NCBI GenBank assembly: GCA_964557975.1 | Contig: CAZLCG010000003.1 | Span: 2,239 to 66,238, forward strand | Source of the DNA: an uncultured Eubacteriales bacterium | Lineage (GTDB): Bacteria; Bacillota; Clostridia; Oscillospirales; Acutalibacteraceae | Length of the DNA stretch: 64,000 nt | Direction of reading: 5' to 3' | Part shown: one piece after another, positions 1 to 8,215 of the stretch | Layout of the letters: each line of letters opens with the position of its first letter | Numbering within the stretch: position 1 is the first letter of the stretch | Position numbers and translations under genes: made by a program | Notes under the pieces: generated by a model | What the model saw: the letters and a program-made list of their open reading frames with translations, nothing else | Told to the model about the DNA's origin: nothing | Databases searched by the model: none

Positions 1-2650
1 TGTTATAGTTGCTCATAATATCTTCAGCAGTATTTACAACAGCATTAGCATAGGCAACATCACTCAGATAAGAAGAATATTGTGACAATTGACTCATTTT
101 ACCGGTATCACTGGTTTCACCTTCATTTGGAAGTCCATCAGCCATTACAACAATATTTTTAATATTGTCGGCTTTTCCTTGAGTGTCAAGCATATTACCT
201 GCAGTCGCCAGAGCTTCCTGCATATTTGTTGTGCCACCGGATGATATGCCTTCAATATAATCAATCAGTACATCTAAATCATTTGTCAGATCAACGCTGT
301 CAATATAATCATCATATAAAACTAAGCCAACACGGTTGTTATATTCATCTGCTAATAATTCGTTACAGAAATTAATCGCCGATTTTTTCATTTCATCAAT
401 AGGAGTACCTGACATACTTCCAGACACATCAAGCACAAGAACAGTATCTCTGCCCTGAGATGCAACACGAACATTTGTTGATTTAGTGATTGTTTTTCCA
501 TTAGAAACAAGTTCGCCCGTAATCGTGGTTGTTCCCTTACCTTTTGATGTAACAATGCATTCCTCGCCTGTAGGTGTAACAGTTGCTACCGATTCATCTG
601 ATGATGTCCATTTGATTGAATATCCTGTAGCATCTGCCGGTACTGTTTCAGGCTCAATAACATCAACTTCACCCAAAGTCAATGTCATATCTTTTGGGAT
701 AGTGAAATCATCAATTTTAACACTTCCAAAATTTGTGTAAATTGAAACAGGTTTCTCATATTGCTTGTATTTACTATCCCATATAGTTAATATTAAATAA
801 TACTCATCGCCACTTGTATTAATATCATTATCTTTAACCTTTAATCTATATCGTCCTTCATTGAGATTCAAAACATAACTGTCAGTTTCAACATCTTCAT
901 CTATAATTGTTTTCGGATTTCTTAAATCTGTCATATCACTTATAGTCAAATGATAATTTGAATAATTATTCAGATTTGTATCTTTTACATATAACTTTGA
1001 ACCTTTAAATGTAATTGATGAATTAACTGTGCTGACATCTATTCCGACCATTTCAAAAGCTTCAATAATACAATTTAATTGCTCATCTGTAATGCCTTTA
1101 AGAGTTTTTGCAGATTTATAAACACTATCTGCACACTGATTAAAAGTTGCATCGGAATGGAGAAAGTTTAACGCACGATACCAAATTTTTGCTAAAGTAT
1201 CGGTATCAATTTTTTTATTGTCTGTTCCATCAATACCATTCCACATTAAATAGCCCGCATGAGAAATAACCGTTGAATATGCATGAACATAATCTTCACC
1301 ACTTTTATTTTTGTCTGATACATTTTCAGGATATTTAGTGGATTTTGGCGAAGCTATATTTCTTTTAACGCTTATATTATCTCCTTGCATTATCCAATCA
1401 GGTTCTTTGTTATTAATCTGTCCCTCTATAATTTCTCCAAATAAATCAGAATATCCTTCATTTATTGCACCAGTTTCATTACTACCATTCCAATTCACAA
1501 TGCTTCTTGTTACAATATGAGTATATTCATGAGCCATAACATCGATATCTTCTATACCTGTTTTATATCCCATACTCATATATCCAACAGTATTTTTATT
1601 TGCTGAACCACCAACAGCATTCTGCCCATTACAATACCCATCATTGTAATATATATAAAATTCTTCATAAGGAATTTCATCATATTTGCTTTTATAAAAA
1701 TCATATATTTTTGAAAAATTATTTATATATGTAACACCTTTTGAATATTCCTCATTGATTTCATTCTGATTATTTCCAAAAACATTATCAGTACTTGTTA
1801 AAAATTCTATTTCTTTGCTTTTTTTATGTGAATTAGTTTTTTTGTATGTTGAGACATATGTATTTCTTTCATCATTATATGCCACATATTCATTATCCTT
1901 AGAATAAAAATACCCATCAAACTTTTCCGATTTATCACTATTGTAACAAGTAGCAGCATAATCGTCTTGAACCACATCAATACAATCAATAACTCTACAA
2001 GTTTTAACATCTATTACAAAATCATAGAATCCCACAGGAACTAACGCAACTAAACAATTAACAAATTCTGAATTTTGGTAAATATATAATTGACATTCAG
2101 CAATATTAGGAATATCTATATACACTTCATCAGAATCCTCAAAATTTGAATTAATATAATCTAAAATTTCATTACTAACATCCTGTTGACTCATATCATT
2201 ATGCTTGACATCAAAAGTATCACTAATATTAATCATATTAGATGTCAAGTCTGTAGCATTTCCATTTTCATCTGCAGCCACAACTACAGTCTTTCCATAA
2301 ACAGGAATGTCATTATAGTATTGTTGAAAACGATAAAAACTATCACCGTCAACTGTGTTGACGTCACAAATTTTTAATTCCTTGTCAACATCTTCAATTC
2401 CTAATGTATCTGCTACTGATGCTATTGCTTCCAAAGCTGATTTTTCATCTTTAACTGCAACATCAGTAAAGCCTTCATTCAATGATACATAATTTAAATC
2501 CGATAAATTTTCAGATGAAGTTGTACCTGAGTTTTGACCGCTGACAGCAACAGATGAATCGCTACACCCTGCAAATAACGATGAAAACACCAGCAATACG
2601 GATATAAGCACAGGTATTGTTCTTTTTAAATGATTATTTTTATTCTTCAT
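1..2650 (-). CDS. Lipoprotein (5' complete, 3' end beyond window): PepSY/FTP-like propeptide + thermolysin-like M4 metalloprotease + Big_2 Ig-like domain + vWA domain
   Basis: Not in the ORF track because its stop lies off-window. My own translation from ATG at 2650 gives MKNKNNHLKRTIPVLISVLLVFSSLFAGC (lipobox). It shows VMAHEYTHIV (HExxH) and NEGYSDLFGE (M4 Glu motif) near 1440-1540. It shows SIKWTSSDESVATVT (Big_2-like) and LVLDVSGSMSGTP (vWA MIDAS DxSxS) near 400-430. The three checkpoints are in the same frame. Confidence 0.8.
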   Translation of the reverse strand, partial: MKNKNNHLKRTIPVLISVLLVFSSLFAGCSDSSVAVSGQNSGTTSSENLSDLNYVSLNEGFTDVAVKDEKSALEAIASVADTLGIEDVDKELKICDVNTVDGDSFYRFQQYYNDIPVYGKTVVVAADENGNATDLTSNMINISDTFDVKHNDMSQQDVSNEILDYINSNFEDSDEVYIDIPNIAECQLYIYQNSEFVNCLVALVPVGFYDFVIDVKTCRVIDCIDVVQDDYAATCYNSDKSEKFDGYFYSKDNEYVAYNDERNTYVSTYKKTNSHKKSKEIEFLTSTDNVFGNNQNEINEEYSKGVTYINNFSKIYDFYKSKYDEIPYEEFYIYYNDGYCNGQNAVGGSANKNTVGYMSMGYKTGIEDIDVMAHEYTHIVTRSIVNWNGSNETGAINEGYSDLFGEIIEGQINNKEPDWIMQGDNISVKRNIASPKSTKYPENVSDKNKSGEDYVHAYSTVISHAGYLMWNGIDGTDNKKIDTDTLAKIWYRALNFLHSDATFNQCADSVYKSAKTLKGITDEQLNCIIEAFEMVGIDVSTVNSSITFKGSKLYVKDTNLNNYSNYHLTISDMTDLRNPKTIIDEDVETDSYVLNLNEGRYRLKVKDNDINTSGDEYYLILTIWDSKYKQYEKPVSIYTNFGSVKIDDFTIPKDMTLTLGEVDVIEPETVPADATGYSIKWTSSDESVATVTPTGEECIVTSKGKGTTTITGELVSNGKTITKSTNVRVASQGRDTVLVLDVSGSMSGTPIDEMKKSAINFCNELLADEYNNRVGLVLYDDYIDSVDLTNDLDVLIDYIEGISSGGTTNMQEALATAGNMLDTQGKADNIKNIVVMADGLPNEGETSDTGKMSQLSQYSSYLSDVAYANAVVNTAEDIMSNYN

Positions 2651-2673
2651 AAAACAATCCTTTCATTAAAAAT

Positions 2674-2703
2674 GCCGATTGTGTGAAAAGTCGCACAATC
2701 GGC
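2674..2703 (-). terminator. Perfect 10-bp stem hairpin (GCCGATTGTG/CACAATCGGC) with a short U-run, between the FHA-membrane gene and the M4-vWA gene; attenuator or RNA-stability element
   Basis: Inverted repeat read directly. On the minus strand it is followed by CATTTTTA. Only about 23 nt remain before the next start codon. Confidence 0.4.
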
Positions 2704-2753
2704 AATATTCAGTCAAATACAAACCAACTGTTTGCAAATAAGTATTTGTGCAA

Positions 2754-3896
2754 TTACTCCAATCGGAAAGTATTTTTATCGTTGGCAAGCTTTAATACCG
2801 TTCCCTTTGGGAAGTAGGCAATCTCACCTCTGCTGAGCTTAATATCGTTTGCCCATGTCCCGTTTGATGAATAATCGATAACGGCAAAGTTATCCGTTGC
2901 GGAACTGTATGTAACCCCACAGTGCTTTCGGCTTATTTCCTTATAGGATGGGTCTATTACAATGCTTGCCATTTTCGCGTCTTTGCCTATGATAAATTCT
3001 TCATTTGGATTAAGCTCAAAATTGTATCCACCGCAGGAACCCCTTAATCCTACAATAGTGCCTTTAAAAACCGGCAGAGTTTCTTTCATCTCGTTATTGT
3101 TTGAATTTAAAGGCTGTAAAGCAACATTTCCGATAATACTTTCATTTGAGGGATAATACTTGTATGCCATTTTATCATACGGTTTGGCTCCGTTTGAAGC
3201 AACATCCGCAAATCGGTTTAAGTTTTTAAAGACAAAATATGTTGCAAAATTCGCACCTGTTGTAAGCTCCATGCCGAAAAGCATAAGTGGAATGGAGAAA
3301 ACGAACACAAGAATAGCTGCGAAAACATATGCTCCTTCGCTGTCAGCAAGCGTAATAAGCCAAACAAGAAGCGCAGGAATAATAATTGACGAAACAATAA
3401 GAACAACCGTAACAGGTAATGTGAAAATTTCTGCAACAGTGCGGAATAAAACATTATCAGTTCCCGATTCTTTAACCTCAATATCATATCTGCCCGCATT
3501 AACCTTTAAGCGATTTGCCTGCTTATACCACCAATATTTGTGATAAATGCCGCTGATTATTGATCCCACTGCTGTAAAAATCAATCCGAATACTGCCATT
3601 GAAATAAATACACCCGCCGCTTTTATCTCTCCGTATATGTCAAAGAAATCCAAATAGCCTCCGATTCCGTCAAATGCAACAAGTCCGGCAACAAGCCCGA
3701 AAACAATACCGATAAACGAAGCTATTCCTCTGAGCATAACAGCTCCGACATAGTTAAACCTCGGCTCCTCATTATCACCGCTGCAAACGGCATCTATTTC
3801 GTCATTCACCATCATCATTTCAGCAAAGCCGTAAATACCTATTGTAATACAATTAAGGAAAATATAAAGCGGCATGCTTCTCTTTTTTATCTGCAT
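2754..3896 (-). CDS. Polytopic membrane protein with two DUF4234-like segments and a C-terminal FHA domain
   Basis: ITIGIYGF and SGIYHKYWWYKQANRL motifs (DUF4234-like), multiple hydrophobic helices. C-terminus IIGKD...EISRKHCGVTY...DYSSNGTWAN is FHA-like. Its start overlaps the upstream stop (TAATG). Confidence 0.7.
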   Translation of the reverse strand: MQIKKRSMPLYIFLNCITIGIYGFAEMMMVNDEIDAVCSGDNEEPRFNYVGAVMLRGIASFIGIVFGLVAGLVAFDGIGGYLDFFDIYGEIKAAGVFISMAVFGLIFTAVGSIISGIYHKYWWYKQANRLKVNAGRYDIEVKESGTDNVLFRTVAEIFTLPVTVVLIVSSIIIPALLVWLITLADSEGAYVFAAILVFVFSIPLMLFGMELTTGANFATYFVFKNLNRFADVASNGAKPYDKMAYKYYPSNESIIGNVALQPLNSNNNEMKETLPVFKGTIVGLRGSCGGYNFELNPNEEFIIGKDAKMASIVIDPSYKEISRKHCGVTYSSATDNFAVIDYSSNGTWANDIKLSRGEIAYFPKGTVLKLANDKNTFRLE

Positions 3897-4429
3897 TACA
3901 GAACACCTCCTTCACTTAAATCCGCAAGACCGTTTTTATTGTAAACCTCAGCTGCTTCATTGGTATTCTTGATAAGTTCATACGCCGAAATAAATCCAAA
4001 GCAAACTATTTCAAGCGCGGCAATTTCCTTACCCGTGGTTTCCATTTTAAAGCCGTAACGCGGAGCGTTTGCCCTGAGACGCTTTGCAAGCTTGTAGGTC
4101 CAATAAATACGATACATACCGAAAGTGAACAGACTGAGTAAGAAAGCAGTCAAAAAGCTTTCCGACTCCTCGCCGTCACCCTCGCACATAGTATTGATGT
4201 CGAGAGATAAACGGTAATTAAAATAAATTTTATACAGATTTCTTGTAAATAAGGTTACAAACGCAGCCGAAGCAAGCGTAACAAAAAGCATGGTTGCCTG
4301 CGCGGCGATTCCCTGAGTGATGATTGTAGCGACAATTCCCACTACAAGTCCGAAGCACAAGCCGATGCCGAGATTTATAAAGGATGACAAAATGAATTTT
4401 GTCATGCTTCTCTCTTCGATTTTTTCCAT
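3896..4429 (-). CDS. DUF4234-like membrane protein, paralogue of the N-terminal part of 2754..3896
   Basis: FTFGMYRIYWTYKLAKRLRANAPRYG motif and TM helices. It shares the loop motif C-x-GD-x-EE with the neighbouring gene. Confidence 0.6.
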   Translation of the reverse strand: MEKIEERSMTKFILSSFINLGIGLCFGLVVGIVATIITQGIAAQATMLFVTLASAAFVTLFTRNLYKIYFNYRLSLDINTMCEGDGEESESFLTAFLLSLFTFGMYRIYWTYKLAKRLRANAPRYGFKMETTGKEIAALEIVCFGFISAYELIKNTNEAAEVYNKNGLADLSEGGVL

Positions 4430-4445
4430 AATTTTTCTCCCTTTA

Positions 4446-5051
4446 TTATTCGTCTTTATCAGTTTCTTTTTTTACGCTGTCCCAGTTAAACTTCGCGGAA
4501 CAGCAGGGAATAAACAGTAAATTAGTTTCACCGAGCGATAAAACATCATAAGAAGAAATTTTTGTCGCCTCTAAAACAACTTTTTCGTTCAAATAAAACA
4601 ACTGCTTTGCTTCACCGGGCTGAACCAAAAACATATTACTTTTCGGCTCATAAAGTATTATTGCATGCTTTTCTCTTGAAATTGAATTATCCTTTTCCAA
4701 GGCAACATCCATTTCCGAGGAACGACCGATAAAGTTTCTTCCCGCTTTAAGTTTAAAATCTTGTCCCAAATGCTTTCCCGAAATTGCTACAAGCCAACCT
4801 ACAACAGGTTCCACATCTTCGGCACCGAGATCATCGTAAATACCGACAGTTTTTGAAAACTCTTCAACATCGGGTTCGGGAATAGGTTCGGTTATTTCGG
4901 GCTCAGGAGGCGTTAAAGGCTGCGTATAGAGATTATCTTCTCCATTTTCGCCCTCAACAACGGTACTGATCCTTGTCTGATTGCAAAACGGACATTCCGA
5001 GAACCGTTCCGCATCATAAAAATGACCGCTTTCACATCTGATTAAATTCAT
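4446..5051 (-). CDS. Zinc-ribbon + (degenerate) FHA domain protein
   Basis: N-terminus MNLIRCESGHFYDAERFSECPFCN, acidic/Pro linker, C-terminus FIGRSSEMDVAL...SISREKHAIILY. Start chosen at ATG 5051, preceded by AGGAGAAGG. The ORF track extends to 5123. Confidence 0.65.
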   Translation of the reverse strand: MNLIRCESGHFYDAERFSECPFCNQTRISTVVEGENGEDNLYTQPLTPPEPEITEPIPEPDVEEFSKTVGIYDDLGAEDVEPVVGWLVAISGKHLGQDFKLKAGRNFIGRSSEMDVALEKDNSISREKHAIILYEPKSNMFLVQPGEAKQLFYLNEKVVLEATKISSYDVLSLGETNLLFIPCCSAKFNWDSVKKETDKDE

Positions 5052-5109
5052 TTTTTCCTTCTCCTTTTTTATATTTTTATAAAAACAGTATTTGACTCCA
5101 ATACTGTAA

Positions 5110-5967
5110 TTAACTGAAATCATTAAACTTGATAATTATTACAGATGTATTATCCTGACCGCGCAAATCCTTGCTTAATACGCAATCGGTAAGAGCAGCC
5201 GCACATTGCTTCATATCTTCGCTCACGGAAGACACTACTGCCAACATTTCATCCATGTCTAATGCACGGTACAGACCGTCGCTGCACAATAAAATACAGT
5301 CACCGTCAAACAGCGGAAAAGGCTTGGTATTTATATCAATATACTTTACTCCACCCATTCCGATATAACTTACAAGTGCGTCCTTTTGGGGATTTTTATC
5401 AGCCTCATCCCGTGTTATTTCACCTTTAATAACCTTATCATTCAGTATCATTGAATAATTATGGTCATGTGTTATACATCTTATTTTATTGTTGCGAATA
5501 ATATAAATCCTGCTGTCCCCTACAGATAACCAGTTCAATTTACCGGAATCAACAGCAATGCTCACCAATGTTGTTCCCGAATTTAACAAACTGCCGTCAT
5601 CGCTTTTCAAGCACCTCACCGACAAATCGAGATCTTGAACAATTCTTCTGTAAAATGTTGAAATATCATCATTCTTTCTTATTTTATGAAAGGAATCATT
5701 AAGCAAAGACGCACAGGTGAAGCTTGCTTTTCTTCCACCGTTAAGTCCGCCCATACCGTCACACAGAGTAGCTATAGCACGTCCGTTTTCGTAATACATA
5801 TACTCATCATCAGCTATAACGGTATCCTGCTGTTCTTTTCTTTTTCCTATAACAGATGAAAGACCAATATCCAGACTGTTCGCAACACCCGCAAGCTCAA
5901 TTGTTTTTAACCCGTCGAAATCCTCAAAGTCGTTATTAACTTCTGTCAATAAAACATCTCCAATCAA
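5110..5967 (-). CDS. PP2C-family Ser/Thr phosphatase (paralogue 3)
   Basis: ATLCDGMGGLNGGRKAS, LLCSDGLY and DNTSVIIIK motifs. TTG start overlaps the kinase stop by 4 nt. Confidence 0.85.
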   Translation of the reverse strand: MIGDVLLTEVNNDFEDFDGLKTIELAGVANSLDIGLSSVIGKRKEQQDTVIADDEYMYYENGRAIATLCDGMGGLNGGRKASFTCASLLNDSFHKIRKNDDISTFYRRIVQDLDLSVRCLKSDDGSLLNSGTTLVSIAVDSGKLNWLSVGDSRIYIIRNNKIRCITHDHNYSMILNDKVIKGEITRDEADKNPQKDALVSYIGMGGVKYIDINTKPFPLFDGDCILLCSDGLYRALDMDEMLAVVSSVSEDMKQCAAALTDCVLSKDLRGQDNTSVIIIKFNDFS

Positions 5968-7394
5968 TCAAAATCAACAACAAACATATACTGTTTTACC
6001 GCTGTATAAAACTTAGTGCCCGGAGTGATTTTATACTCAACATTTTTTTTGAGCCTTGTTCCGTCCTCAAAATAAGTTCCGTTTGAGGACGTATCGCATA
6101 AAAACAAATCGTTTCCGCTGAATCTTATGTAACAATGATTCCTTCCCGTTACATTCTTAGAGTCGTTAATAACATAACTGCACCCCATGGGAACCCGCCC
6201 TATAATAAATTTGTTCTTTCGACCAATCATTGTTTTGTTGTATCTTTTATTACCTTTTATTTCTGCAAGATACGGATATTTTGTAATTTTAAACTCCGGC
6301 GTGGATTTAGGAAGCTTGACCGGCTGCAACAACGGCTTTGAGAGAGCAGGCGGCTTGGGAGACGTCGGCGGAATTGGGGGCATTGACGGTTTAGAATGAG
6401 CCGACGGCTTGGAAGGCGTAGCAGATTTAATATTTATACCGCTCAAATCGTTAAGCAATGAAACAAAATCCTGATACCTTTTTTTATAATCCAAGGAAAG
6501 CCCTTTATCTATTACATCAGATATCTTCGTTGAAACATTGCATCCCATGCTTTTAAGCGTGGGTTGTGGAGTCCCCCTGTATCTGTACAGAGCGTCAACC
6601 AAAGGTTGACCTGAAACTATGTTATAAAAAGTAGCGCACAGAGCATAAACATCACTCCAGGGACCTTGATTTCCATTTGTGCTGTATTGTTCCGGAGGAG
6701 CAAATCCGGGCTTGAGCAATATAGACATACCTTTATTCTGTAGACTTACATAATTCCTCGCAGCACCGAAATCAATCAGCTTTATTCCTCCGTTACTCGT
6801 AACAATGATATTTTCCGGGCTTATATCTCTATGTAATATGTTCTTTTTATGAATTTCCATAAGAGAACTGGCAACGGTTACAAACACCTCATATGCAAAA
6901 TCGGGATCAAGCTTTCCTCCATTTAAACGTGCCCTTCTTCTTAAATCCATCCCGTCAAGATATTCCATTACCAAATATGCTGTATTATTCTGTGAAAAAT
7001 ATGCGTATATATTAACAACTGTCGGATTACCCTGCAGATTTAACAAGGTTCTTGCCTCATCCATAAATTTTTCGCGCCCGTGTGCAAAAACGTTTCGTGA
7101 TTTTGTATCGGAAAAAGGCTCAATATTGAATGTATTATCGCATCTTTTTGAATACTCGGACGGCATATATTCCTTAATCGCACATAATTTACCGTATTGG
7201 TTATCCAATGCAATATAAGTAATACCGAATCCGCCTCTGCCGAGGACACGTCCAATTAAGTATCTATTATTAAGCAGAGTAAATTCAGGTAATACTCCCG
7301 AAAACTTTTTTCGATTAATCAAATCGTATCCGCAGTGTGAGCATCTTGATTCATTTGTTAACTTTTGAAAACAATTAGGGCACAATTTTTCCAT
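5964..7394 (-). CDS. Hanks-type Ser/Thr kinase with N-terminal zinc ribbon, Pro-rich linker and C-terminal FHA domain; no TM segment seen
   Basis: CPNCFQ...CSHCGY; GRGGFGITY...CAIKEY; HRDISPENI; DFGAAR; GFAPPEQ; linker SKPSMPPIPPTSPKPPALSKP. C-terminus IIGR...GRNHCYIRF...DTSSNGTYFEDG. ATG 7394 has GGGAG 8 nt upstream. The ORF track starts at GTG 7403. Confidence 0.85.
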   Translation of the reverse strand: MEKLCPNCFQKLTNESRCSHCGYDLINRKKFSGVLPEFTLLNNRYLIGRVLGRGGFGITYIALDNQYGKLCAIKEYMPSEYSKRCDNTFNIEPFSDTKSRNVFAHGREKFMDEARTLLNLQGNPTVVNIYAYFSQNNTAYLVMEYLDGMDLRRRARLNGGKLDPDFAYEVFVTVASSLMEIHKKNILHRDISPENIIVTSNGGIKLIDFGAARNYVSLQNKGMSILLKPGFAPPEQYSTNGNQGPWSDVYALCATFYNIVSGQPLVDALYRYRGTPQPTLKSMGCNVSTKISDVIDKGLSLDYKKRYQDFVSLLNDLSGINIKSATPSKPSAHSKPSMPPIPPTSPKPPALSKPLLQPVKLPKSTPEFKITKYPYLAEIKGNKRYNKTMIGRKNKFIIGRVPMGCSYVINDSKNVTGRNHCYIRFSGNDLFLCDTSSNGTYFEDGTRLKKNVEYKITPGTKFYTAVKQYMFVVDFD

Positions 7395-7418
7395 AATAAA
7401 CACTCCCTTAAAGCAACG

Positions 7419-8153
7419 TCATTTTATGTTAACAAGAATCGCCGAATAATTATCCATTCCGTTACCGAGTCCTTTCCCTTTGACTATATCAATCATTTCA
7501 TTCAGAGCGTCGTAAGTGCTTAAATCTTTTTTTAGAATCGACAGCATATTCTTTTCGTCTATCCAATCCCAAAAGCCATCGGAACAAAGTAAAAAAGAAT
7601 CTCCTTTTACTGTTTTAAAATTCACAGAATCCACATCATAATTAACTGTATCATCGTCCATACCCAACGCGCTGAGCAATTTATTTCTGTCAGGGTGACG
7701 TCTAATCTCCGATTCCTTAATTTCACCGCTGTCCGCCAACATCTGCACAACACTGTGATCCTTAGTTCTGGAAATCATCTTACCTTTTCTGAAATGATAC
7801 AAACGAGAATCTCCTATATGACCCCAAGTTGCATTTTTCCCTTTAAGGATTAAAGCAACCATGGTTGTCTTAATTGAAGGCAGACCTTTAAGCTCCTTTT
7901 CTTCAGTAAGCATAGAATTGGCAATTTTAAAACAATCGTCCAAAAAGTTTTCCGAAATTTCTTCAGAGTTCTCAATAACCGCTCCAAAACAATCCGTAAC
8001 AAGATTTGAAGCAATATCTCCGTTTCCATGCCCTCCCAACCCGTCTGCCAAAACGAAGCCATAGGTAAATTCATGAGGATTAACGAAAACTTTTACTGCA
8101 TCCTCATTTTTTTCTTTTTCACCAATATCCGAAAAAGTTGCATATTCAATCAC
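7419..8153 (-). CDS. PP2C-family Ser/Thr phosphatase (paralogue 2)
   Basis: FVLADGLGGHGNGDIAS, LLCSDGFWD and DNYSAILV motifs. GTG start with GGAGG 7 nt upstream. Confidence 0.85.
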   Translation of the reverse strand: MIEYATFSDIGEKEKNEDAVKVFVNPHEFTYGFVLADGLGGHGNGDIASNLVTDCFGAVIENSEEISENFLDDCFKIANSMLTEEKELKGLPSIKTTMVALILKGKNATWGHIGDSRLYHFRKGKMISRTKDHSVVQMLADSGEIKESEIRRHPDRNKLLSALGMDDDTVNYDVDSVNFKTVKGDSFLLCSDGFWDWIDEKNMLSILKKDLSTYDALNEMIDIVKGKGLGNGMDNYSAILVNIK

Positions 8154-8215
8154 AGCAAAACCTCCGTTAAATATTGCTCCCGAGGCTGCATTTCAGCAGC
8201 CCCGTTTTATTTTGA

